The translations under genes were made by a program, and so were the position numbers. A stretch of DNA of 64,000 nt from Torpedo marmorata (taxonomy: Eukaryota). Under the pieces are notes generated by a model that made no database searches, was not told the origin of the DNA, and worked only from the letters and a program-made list of their open reading frames with translations. Of this stretch, positions 56,901 to 64,000 are shown one piece after another (within the stretch, counting starts at the first letter, position 1; every line of letters starts with the position of its first letter). The DNA lies in the NCBI GenBank assembly GCA_977017645.1, contig OZ360243.1, forward strand, positions 28,086,001 through 28,150,000. Direction: 5' to 3'.

Positions 56901-59900
56901 CCCGTGTTCGAATAGGGCACTTTCTGCAAGGAGTTTGTACGATCTCCCCGTGTATTTTGTCACGATTCATGCATTTGTTCTCTCTCTCCAGGAACAGAAA
57001 CAACATCCTTGACAACTCCCTCAACCATAAGTTCCACATCAGGTGAGTACATATCCTTTCAATAAGTTGACACAAATGTTCCTTTACTGCAAATACACAT
57101 GACATGCACAGCTCATTCTTTTGTTTGTCCAACAACATGATCCTTTCCTGTGGCCAGGCAACAGCAAACAAATTCACATTTGAAAACCAGTTATTTTAAT
57201 TGGGGGGGGATTTTAATTGTTGTCTGGATTCAATAATGGATAGGACTTCTAGATCGTTAGTTAGGCCTAAAATAGTTAAAAGAATTATAAATTTGATGAA
57301 AGATTTGAATTTAATAGATATTTGGAGGAAATTGAATCCTCGAGAGAAAGATTATTCCTTTTATTCTTTTAGACATGATTCATACTCTAGGATAGATTTG
57401 TTTTTAATATCTTCACAAATTCAAGATAGAATATCACAGGTATCATATAAAGCGAGAATAATTTCAGATCATTCACCTTTGTTAATGACATGTATTATTC
57501 CAGAAAAGGAGAAAACTATATTTAATTGGAGATTTGATTCTTCTTTATTGAAAAGGACAGATTTTTGTGAATATATGAGAAGGGAAATTCAAGAATTTTT
57601 GAGGATAAATGATCAATCAATTAATGATAAATTTATAATTTGGGAAACTTTAAAGGCTTATCTTAGAGGTTTGATAATATGTTATTCGGCAAAAATTAAA
57701 AAAGATTATTTGAAAGAAGCAGAAAAATTAGAGAAAGAGATTGAGATTATGGAAAAAGATTTACAGAGAAATAAATCAATTCGTAAGAGAAATTGTTTAA
57801 TGAGGAAAAAGTTACATTATAATTTATTACAAACGTATAAAACGGAAAAATTAATAGAAAGAATGAAACAAAGATATTATGAATTAGGAGAAAAGGCTCA
57901 TAAAGTTTTAGCATGGCAATTGAAAAAGGAACAAGTTTCTAAAACTATAAATGCTATAAAGAAAAAAAATACTGGTGAAATAACTTATAAACCCCAAGAA
58001 ATAAATGAATCTTTTAAAGATTATTATCAGAATTCATATAGATCTCAAGTTGTTCAGGATGATTTGAAAATTAATAGATTCTTATCTAGAATTATTTTAC
58101 CTAAATTAAATACTCAGAATAAAAATTTTTTAGATTTACCTTTTATGATGAGAGAAGTTAATGAAGTATTATCGACGTTAAAAAGTGGTAAATCCCCTGG
58201 TGATGATGGATTTCCAGTAGAATTTTATAAAGAATTTAAAGATTTATTGATACCTCTATATATGGAAGTATTAAATCAGATTACGGAAACTCATTTATTA
58301 CCAAAAACTTTTTTGAATGCTATTATTACAGTTATACCAAAGAAAGATAGAGATGTATTAAAAACGGAGTCATATAGACCTATTTCTTTATTAAATGTAG
58401 ATTATAAGATTATGGCAAAAATTTTGGCTAATAGAATAGCTAAATATTTACCAAATTTGATACATCCAGATCAAGCTGGTTTTATTAAAAATAGATATTC
58501 TAAAGATAATATAGCTAGATTATTAAGTTTAATTAATTTTCATAAAAAGAAACAAGATTTACCATTGGTGGTAACGTTGGATGCAGAAAAGGCTTTTGAT
58601 AGATTAGAATGGAATTTTTTATTTAAGGTGTTAGAGAAATTTGGTTTTGGGAATACTTTTATAAATTGGATTAAAACTATATATAAGGAACCTTCAGCTA
58701 AAGTAATTACAAATGGACAAATATCGTCAAAATTTTCTTTAACGCGTTCTACAAGACAGGGTTGTCCTTTATCACCAGCTTTATTTGTTTTGGCAATAGA
58801 ACCTTTAGCTGAATTGATTAGGACAGATCCTAATATAGTAGGGATTAAAGTCGGTATGGAAGAGCATAAGATTAGTTTGTTTGCAAATGATGTACTAATA
58901 TATATGACAAAATCAGTTTTATCACTTCAACATTTAGCTATTATATTAACAGAATATGGTGAAATATCTGGATATAAAATTAATGCGGATAAAAGTGAAA
59001 TAATGGCTTTATCTCAAGGTGATTATACTAGATGTAAAGAAGTTACGGAATTTAAGTGGGCAAAAGAAGGAATTAAATATTTGGGAGTAAAAGTGGATAC
59101 AAAATTAGAAAATTTATATAAATTAAATTATATACCCTTATTTACGAAAATAAAGAAAGATTTGGAAAATTGGAAAGATTTACCTATAACTTTAATGGGG
59201 AGAGTAAATTGTATTAAGATGAATATTTTTCCAAGAATTCAATATCTTTTTCAATCAATTCCTTTTGGAATTCCAAAAAATTTTTTTAAAGATTTAAAAT
59301 TTATAGTTAGGAAATTTTTATGGAAAGAGAAGTTAGCAAGAGTGAGTATGGAGAAGTTAACATGGAATTATGAGATGGGAGGAATGCAACTCCCTAATTT
59401 TCAATATTATTATAAAGCAGCTCAATTAAAATTTGTTAATGAATTTTTTGATTTAGCTAAAACTTCTGCTTGGATTAATATAGAATTAAATAATATAGGA
59501 GAAAATTATAAAGAGGATATTATTTATAAGTGGAACTCTAAATTATTATCAGTAAAAAAGAAAAATTCACCGATTATTAAACATTTATTGGAAGTATGGA
59601 CACAGGTAGATAAAGAAATAGGTGGGAAAGGAATAATTTCTTTAAATATGCCATTATATCAAAATCCACTTTTATTATTTACTATGAATAATCAGTTATT
59701 GAAAACATGGTTTCAAAAAGGTATTAAAAATTTTAAAGATTGTTTTGAAGCTGGAAGATTTGTTACGTTTCAAAGATTGAAAGAAAAATTTGATATATTA
59801 GATAATACATGGTTAGCTTATTATCAGGTTAAAGCTTTTTTGGTTGAGGAATTAGGAGAAAATTTGATTGCTCCAAGGTATAATGAGTTAGAATTACTAA

Positions 59901-62900
59901 TTACTAAAGCAAATGTTAATAAGTTTATTTCTCAAATGTATAAATTATTTCAGAGAAAAATACCTAAAGTAGGATTACATAAATCAAGATTAAAATGGGA
60001 ATTAGATTTAAATATTAATATAGCTCAAAAACATTGGGAAGATTTATGTAAATTATGTATGACTAAAGTTATTAATGTTAGATATAGATTAGTACAATAT
60101 AATTTTTTCCATCAATTATATTTAACACCAAAAAATTAAAGAAATTTAATCCGACATTATCAGATTTGTGTTTTAGATGTAAGAATGAAGTAGGTTCATT
60201 TGTTCATTCTACATGGTTATGTCCAAAGATTCAATATTTTTGGCTTAAAGTTAAGAATTTTTTAGAGAGAGTTTTTAATGTTAGGTTTCCAATGGATCCT
60301 ATGTTATTTCTATTGGAGATATTAGAAAATTTAGTATTAGGAATAGATTGAATATGTATCAGGTAGAATTTTTGCGTATTGCTTTAGCTGTTTCAAAAAA
60401 ATGTATTGCTATTACTTGGAAATCAGATTTAGATTTGAATTTAGATAGAAGGCATGCAGAACTTCGTTCGTGTATTCCTTTGGAAAAAATTACTTATAAT
60501 TTACGTAATAAATATCATTCATTTTTTTAAATTTGGAGCCCATATATGAGTTATGGGTTTGAGGATTTGAAATTTTTTGAAATCAGATCTATTGGCGAGT
60601 TTAACCTCCAGATTAAAATTGGTTTTCAGATGGTTCTCTCCTCACTATTAATCTCTTTTTCTTTTCCTTTTTTCTTTTTCTATTTTTAGAATAGTGGGGT
60701 TGGGGGGGTTGGGGAGGGGTGGGAGGGTGCGGGGGGAGGAAATTTATATCACTGTATTTTGGAAACTATATACCGTATAAGTCGACCGGCAGATAAGTCG
60801 ACCCCCCTTTTTCAGCCTCATTTTAATGGTTTTATGGTATATCTGGCGTATAAGTCGACCCCCAAAAATCGCGATGCCTGAGATGTTGCGCATTGACCGG
60901 CGTATAAGTCGACCCCCAATTTTCAGGCTGTCTGGGCCTCCCAGCAACAACCCAAAATTTGTTACAACATTCCAATCGCCAAGTAACAAAGCTGTAAATT
61001 AAGCAAGTACCGGTAAGTAAAAAAAAAACAGTAAAAAAAAACCTTTGCTTCTGGCCGGGAAGATGCAGGTGCGGCGACGTCTTTCTCCTGAGCAGTAGCG
61101 GGGAGCTCGTTCTCCCGAGCAGTAGCGGGGACTCATTCTCCCGAGCAGGAGCGGGGGCGTCTTTCTCCCGAGCAGGAGCGGGGAGCTCGTTCTCCCGGGC
61201 AGGTGCGGGGACTCGTTCTCCCGGGCAGGAGCGGGGACTCGTTCTCCCGGGCAGGAGCGGGGAGCTCGTTCTCCCGAGCAGGAGCGGGGAGCTCGTTCTC
61301 CCGAGCAGGAGCGGGGAGCTCGTTCTCCCGAGCAGGAGTGGGGAGCTCGTTCTCCCGAGCAGGAGCGGGGACGTCGTTTTCCCAGGTAGGAGTGGGGAGC
61401 TCGTTCTCACGAGCAGGAGCGGGGACGTCTTTCTTCCGAGCAGGAGCGAGGAGCTCATTCTCCCGGGTAGGAGCGGGGACCTCGGGCTCTACAATTGTAG
61501 AATGTCTGGGAGGTTTATGGCGGCGCCCGGCGGTGGGGAAGTGTCGGGGAGCGGCGGCGCCGGCAGTGGGGAGGCGCTTCCAGGGTCGACCTATACGCCG
61601 AATCGTGTTTTCAGGGGTCGACTTATACGCCGAATCGTGTTTTCAGGGGTCGACTTATACGCCGAATCGGCGTGAACTCGATTTTGAGCTGATTTTAAGG
61701 TCTCAAAAGTATATCTGGCGTATAAGTCGACCCCCGTTTTTTGAGACATTTTTGAGGGTTTCAAGGGTCGACTTATACGCCGAAATATACGGTATTTTAA
61801 ATTATGTATTATGTGATTTAAAAAATTTAAATAAAATAATTAAAAAAAAGAAAACCAGTTAAATCTTCCCTCAGCCCAATATTTATGCGAGACAAATAAA
61901 GGCTGTGAATAATAGTGCAATGACATGTTCAAGACAAGGAAATAACATGGGGAACTGGATTAAATCATTCTCTCAGCACACAGCAGGCACACACATGTCC
62001 AAGAAGATAGTCAAAATTGATTTGATGCAAGAAAATGGCATTTTTCGGATATTCAATAAGAGATTGCAAAAATGGGAACACACCCGTCTGTTTTCGTTTG
62101 TCCACATGTAATTCCAAAAATTCCGAATTCTCAACATGCATTAATTTCCACACATATAGGTGAATTTCAATGTCGAATTGTACAAAAACAATCTGAAATT
62201 TTGCACATAAGAAGCTCATGATTTCCAAATAACATGGAGAAGATGGGGAATGACAGTGTTACAGACACAGGATACAACTTCTGATATTTTCAACCATAAC
62301 CAGATTCGGGAGGCCAAATATTTTAATTAGCATGGTTTAAACTATATTTTTGCATCTATCATCATTTCTGTCCCAGTTTCATTGGCTCCACATTTAATCG
62401 CATTGAAAGGAGCATGGTGTGTTTGTTAACACTCTCCTTCTCTTTCACAAGAAACAACTGGAACGAGCACAACTGGCACCACACAGACAACAGTCAGTTC
62501 CACAACAGGTGAGTGATCATGTCTTTCAATGGCTTTTGTCGAGATTCTCAACACAACACGTCTCCTTCAGTTTCGCATCCAGTACATCCCTGTCAACAGG
62601 GTTGCTTTAATTTTCACCTGAAACAAGTGCAAATTCAATTGCTCCTTGTTAAATTCAAAAGAAGTCGCTGATGAACTTCAGCAAGAGCGGCATGATTAGC
62701 GTAGCAGCGCAACGCTGTTCCAGCGACAGTGACCTGTGTTCCAATAGGGCACTCTCTGCAAGGAGTTTGTACGATCTTCCCGTGTATTTTGTCACTATTC
62801 ATGCATTTGTTCTCTCTCTCCAGGAACAGAAACAACATCGTTGACAACTCCCTCAACCATAAGTTCCACAACAGGTGAGTACATATCCTTTCAATAAGTT

Positions 62901-63670
62901 GACACAAATGTTCCTTCACTGCAAATACACATGACATGCACAACTCATTCTTTTGTTTGTCCAAAACATGCTCCTTTCCTGTGGCCAGGCAACAGCAAAC
63001 AAATTCACATTTGAAAACCAGTTAAATCTTCCCTCAGCCCAATATTTATGCAAGACAAATAAATGTCTGTGAATAACAGGCTGATAACATGTTCAAGGCA
63101 AGGAAATAACATGGTGAGCTGGAATAAATCATTCTCTCAGCACACAGGATTCACACATGTCCAGGAAGAGAGTCAAAATTGACTTGATACAAGAAAATGG
63201 CATCTTTCAGCTGTTTAATAAGAGGTTGCAAAAATGGGAACACACCCGTCTGTTTTCTTTTGTCCACATGTAATTCCAAAAATTTTTAATTCTCAACATG
63301 CATTCATTTCCACACATGCAGGTGAATTTCAATGTCGAATTGTACAAAAACATTCTGAAATTTTGCACATAAGAAGCTCATGATTTCCAAATAACCTGGA
63401 GAAGATGGGGAATGACAGTGTTACAGCACAGGATTCAACTTCTGATATTTCCAACTACAACCAGTTTCGGGAGGCCAAATATTTTTAATTAGCATGGTTT
63501 AAACTATAATTTTGCATCAATCATCATTTCTGTCCCAGTTTCATTGGCTCCACGTTTAATCGCATTGAAAGGAGCATGGTGTGGTTGTTAACACTCTCCT
63601 TCTCTTTCACAAGAAACAACTGGAACGAGCACAACTGGCACCACACAGACGACAGCCAGTTCCACAACAG
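480..63670 (+). CDS. Internal part of a multi-exon mucin-like (Thr/Ser-rich) gene: 91 short phase-1 exons encoding a 36-aa tandem repeat; N- and C-termini outside the window
   Basis: Manual reading. Exon A (51 nt, ctctctccag|GAACAG...CCACA(A/T)CAG|gtgagt) starts at 480, 2834, 3982, 5150, 6315, 7468, 8636, 10516, 11678, 12843, 14008, 15161, 16324, 17488, 18650, 19815, 20980, 22133, 23297, 28022, 29187, 30352, 31505, 32669, 33833, 36112, 38387, 39549, 40715, 41878, 43042, 44203, 45369, 46532, 47696, 48857, 50024, 51181, 52345, 53509, 54673, 55832, 56992, 62824. Exon B (57 nt, ttctctttca(c/a)aag|AAACAAC...CAACAG|gtg(a/g)gt) starts at 1298, 3610, 4776, 5939, 7096, 8262, 10146, 11306, 12471, 13632, 14789, 15950, 17116, 18278, 19443, 20604, 21761, 22923, 27650, 28815, 29976, 31133, 32295, 33461, 34625, 35736, 36900, 38011, 39175, 40341, 41504, 42670, 43829, 44995, 46158, 47324, 48483, 49653, 50810, 51972, 53138, 54299, 55460, 56622, 62452, 63614. 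Exon C is at 2082. All lengths are multiples of 3 and phase 1-1; I saw no stops or indels in these exons, while the introns have many indels. No transcript evidence is available here. Confidence 0.85.
1298..1354 (+). CDS. Exon type B, first copy (57 nt): (E)TTGRSTTGTTQTTASSTT
   Basis: Acceptor ttacttctctttcataag ends at 1297; donor CAG|GTGGGT at 1355; phase 1-1. Confidence 0.8.
1433..1531 (+). mobile_element. ~100-bp insertion, probably the extreme 3' end of a 5'-truncated LINE
   Basis: Other units read cattacatc-cccgtaaacaggg contiguously; here ~99 bp intervene, ending gtgacaataatagaaccttta(cc), which resembles a LINE 3' tail. Family not determinable. Confidence 0.5.
1628..1893 (+). mobile_element. 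Full-length tRNA-derived SINE of the V-SINE/HE1 type
   Basis: tRNA-like head ggcggcatggttagcgtagcagttagcgcaacg with a degenerate B-box (gttccaatac); V-domain-like core ggagtttgtacgatctccccctgtctgcgtgtgcttcatctgggtgttccgtttcc; CR1/HER1-like tail gggccgaattgtcctgtaaccatgctgtatgtctaaat followed by AT-rich short repeats. Family recognised from memory, not by database search. Confidence 0.8.
2082..2132 (+). CDS. Exon type C (51 nt, single copy in window): (A)PVTDNFSTDVQLLPSS, with an N-F-S sequon
   Basis: Strong acceptor cattcttttatttctccag ends at 2081; donor CAG|GTACAT at 2133; same phase as A and B and same length as A. Confidence 0.65.
3843..3943 (+). mobile_element. 5' half of the same SINE, present once in each short unit (representative copy)
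   Basis: gagcggcatgattagcgtagcagcgcaacg...ggagtttgtactatctccccgtgt, then an abrupt switch to the pre-exon-A intron sequence attttgtcactattcatgcattt. Confidence 0.8.
9263..9985 (-). mobile_element. 5'-truncated Rex1/Babar-type (CR1 group) non-LTR retrotransposon fragment
   Basis: Minus-strand ORF with KTKEMIVDFRR, FLGVNISEDLSW, QRLYFVRRLRRF, LLPSGKRYRS and FFPAAIRFLN, the post-RT C-terminal region typical of Rex1-like LINEs. Stop at 9425, then 3' UTR, AATAAA (9293-9298, minus strand) and a (TTCTGA)5 tail at 9263-9292. The flanks rejoin as ...ctgatatttc|aactacaacc; no clear TSD. Confidence 0.85.
23449..26999 (+). mobile_element. 5'-truncated L1-clade LINE with poly(A) tail and 12-bp TSD (AACATGCTCCTT at 23437-23448 and 27000-27011)
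   Basis: AT-rich ORF2, G-rich 3' UTR tract (26849-26886), AATAAA at 26955, ~30-nt poly(A) tail and TSD; the empty site is visible in paralogous units near 16465 and 32810. Confidence 0.95.
23451..26672 (+). CDS. L1 ORF2 (C-terminal end of APE endonuclease, reverse transcriptase, Cys-rich knuckle); uninterrupted but 5'-truncated
   Basis: The frame is open upstream of the annotated Met (KDYSFYSFRHNSFSRIDLF...IISDHSPLL). Motifs include KSPGDDG, YRPISLLNVDYK, LDAEKAFD, RQGCPLSP, FADD (24981-24992) and CFRC-x8-HCTWSC. Confidence 0.9.
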   Translation, partial: KDYSFYSFRHNSFSRIDLFLLSSQIQDRITQISYKARIISDHSPLLMTCIIPEKEKTVYNWRLDSSLLNRKDFCDYMRKEIQEFLRINNNSVDDKFIIWESLKAYLRGLIISFSAKIRKDYLKEEEKLEGEIEVMEKNFQRNKTILKRQRLMGKKLHYNILQTRKIEKLIGRTKQRYYELGERAHKVLAWQLKKEQVSKTINAIKKSNGDITYKPQEINNSFKEYYQNLYTSQMSQDVVKIDDFLSKIMLPKLNSSNRDLLDLPITMREVGEALSSLNSGKSPGDDGFPVEFYKKFKDLLIPIYMEVLTQIKETQLLPKTFLNAVITVIPKKDRDVLKTESYRPISLLNVDYKLMAKILTNRLAKFLPFLIHSDQAGFIKNRYSKDNIARLISLINLQKKKQDLPLVIALDAEKAFDRLEWKFLFKVLEKYGFGNTFINWIKTIYKEPTAKVITNGQISSKFSLTRSTRQGCPLSPALFVLAIEPLAEMIRKDMTIKGIKVGTEEHKISLFADDVLIYMTKSIESLQQLDKILRDYGEISGYKINSDKSEIMALSQGDYTKCKEVTKFKWAKEAIKYLGVKVDTKLENLYKLNYIPLFQKIKKDLDNWKDLPITLIGRVNCIKMNIFPRVQYLFQSIPFSIPQKFFKDLKSIIRKFLWKGKLARVSMDKLTWEYEMGGLQLPNFQYYYKAAQLKFINELFDLTKNTAWINIELNNIGERNKEDIIYKWNSKLLLIKKKKSPIIRHLLEIWNQLDNEIGRKGSISLNMPLYQNLLLPFSMDNQFLKVWHQKGIKKIKDCFEAGRFVTFSRLKEKFGIMDNTILAYYQVKGFLVEKLGNQLISPRQDGLELLITNGNVNKFISQMYKLFQKKIPKVGLHKSRLNWESDLNTNIDEQHWKELCKLSMTKIINVRYRLVQYNFFHQLYITPKRLKKFNPALSDMCFRCKDKIGSFVHCTWSCLKIKNFWSKVKDFLDRIFNIMIPLDPMIFLFGDIKRISIRNRLNMYQIEFLRIVLAISKKCIAITWKSDLDLNLDRLHAELRSCIPLEKITYNLRDKYHFFLKIWSPYMRIMGMN
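34981..34999 (+). pseudogene. Deleted exon A remnant (~54-bp deletion), copy 1
   Basis: Reads tgttct-acaacag-gtgagt; the acceptor and the first ~44 nt of exon A are missing. Confidence 0.85.
37256..37274 (+). pseudogene. Deleted exon A remnant, copy 2 (duplicated at 2,275-bp offset)
   Basis: Identical junction tgttctacaacaggtgagt. Confidence 0.85.
57200..60530 (+). pseudogene. Disrupted L1 ORF2
   Basis: The RT catalytic motif reads FAND (58880-58891) instead of FADD. Frameshifts near 60135 and 60310 split the C-terminus into ORFs 57200..60139, 60166..60351 and 60348..60530, with an early stop at 60530. Confidence 0.88.
60773..61792. mobile_element. Non-autonomous Tc1/mariner-superfamily (Tc2/pogo-like) MITE with TA target duplication, nested in the L1 3' UTR
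   Basis: TA|CCGTAT...ATACGG|TA termini; repeated subterminal motif GGCGTATAAGTCGACC (forward at ~60774, 60792, 60846, 60899, 61717; reverse at ~61584, 61616, 61648, 61766); no transposase. Removing it restores collinearity with the 3' UTR of the first L1. Confidence 0.85.
61080..61481. repeat. GC-rich ~27-bp minisatellite (gagcaggagcggggagctcgttctccc), about 15 copies, inside the MITE
   Basis: Read directly; it produces the repetitive ORFs 60832..61458(-) and 61203..61862(+). Confidence 0.9.
63614..63670 (+). CDS. Exon type B, last copy in the window: (E)TTGTSTTGTTQTTASSTT
   Basis: Acceptor tctctttcacaag ends at 63613; donor CAG|GTGGGT at 63671. Confidence 0.8.
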
Positions 63671-63845
63671 GTGGGTGATCATGTCTTTCAATGGCTTTTG
63701 TCGAAATTCTCAACACAACACGTCTCCTTCAGTTTCGCATCCATTACATCCCCGTAAACAGGGTTGCTTTAATTTCAACCTGTAACAAGTGCAAATGCAA
63801 TTCCTCCTTGTAAAATTCAAAAGAAGTCGCTGATGACCTTCAGCA

Positions 63846-64000
63846 GGGGCGGCATGGTTAGCGTAGCAGTTAGCGCAACGCTCTTACAGCGCCAGCGACC
63901 CGTGTTCCAATAGGGCACTCTCTGCAAGGAGTTTGTACGATCTCCCCCTGTCTGCGTGTGCTTCATCCGGGTGTTCCGTTTCCTTCTCACGCTTCAAATC
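63846..64000 (+). mobile_element. SINE copy continuing past the short-unit breakpoint (return to long-unit sequence); runs off the window
   Basis: ...gatctccccctgtctgcgtgtgcttcatccgggtgttccgtttccttctcacgcttcaaatc matches ~1722-1783. Confidence 0.85.

Larger units (their letters stand above)
57194..61849 (+). mobile_element. Second 5'-truncated L1 (diverged subfamily, inactivated) with 12-bp TSD (GAAAACCAGTTA at 57182-57193 and 61850-61861)
   Basis: ORF2 homologous to the first L1, starting at the APE motif GGDFN; G-rich 3' UTR (60696-60739), AATAAA at 61830, short A tail, TSD, and a nested insertion in the 3' UTR. Confidence 0.95.
2795..63950. repeat. Tandem array of about 45 copies of a ~1,160-1,168-bp unit (exon A, ~740-bp intron, exon B, ~317-bp intron with a 5' SINE half), interrupted by three retrotransposon insertions
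   Basis: Exon spacing such as 3982, 5150, 6315, 7468, 8636; near-identical sequence and repeated shadow ORFs throughout. Confidence 0.97.

Noticed and set aside
3751-57177. Recurrent minus-strand ORFs (MHKYWAEGRFNWFS..., MNLTRRNC..., MQNVRMFLYN...) as a tandem gene family
   Set aside because: Lengths and frames vary with intronic indels, many copies are broken, and they run antisense across a SINE and the real exons. They are shadow ORFs of the repeat.
60832-61862. 208-aa and 219-aa repetitive ORFs as genes or a transposase
   Set aside because: They are translations of a 27-bp GC-rich minisatellite inside the MITE, with no DDE or HTH motifs.
480-63670. Assigning a specific gene symbol (e.g. 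MUC2, MUC5, MUC19)
   Set aside because: Only low-complexity repeat exons are in the window; no diagnostic domain is visible.
2795-63950. CRISPR-like or prokaryotic repeat-spacer system
   Set aside because: The sequence between the short conserved motifs is itself repeated rather than unique, there are no cas genes, and the context (LINEs, SINEs, spliceosomal signals) is eukaryotic.
2795-63950. Whole array as an assembly artefact
   Set aside because: Units carry many distinct, hierarchically shared variants and unique insertions with TSDs. Only the exact copy number of the near-identical higher-order blocks remains uncertain.

Overview
Eukaryotic (vertebrate, most likely cartilaginous fish) genomic DNA. 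It looks like a ~1.16-kb satellite, but it is the interior of a + strand mucin-like gene that the ORF track cannot see. Each repeat unit carries two symmetric phase-1 mini-exons (A, 51 nt, GTETTSLTTPSTISSTT; B, 57 nt, ETTGTSTTGTTQTTASSTT) with canonical AG/GT splice sites. By manual count there are 44 intact A exons, 46 B exons and one third type (C, APVTDNFSTDVQLLPSS), which would splice into about 1,639 uninterrupted codons; the A+B unit is 26/36 Ser/Thr. About 45 A-B units appear to have been amplified inside one copy of an older ~2.3-kb three-exon unit, with the breakpoint in a tRNA-derived V-SINE. The array has nested higher-order repeats (2-, 3-, 4-, 5- and 6-mers). Two units have lost exon A, leaving a juxtaposed AG|GT site. 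The introns carry a Rex1-type LINE fragment, two 5'-truncated L1 elements with TSDs and a Tc2/pogo-like MITE nested in one L1. The start, end and identity of the gene lie outside the window.
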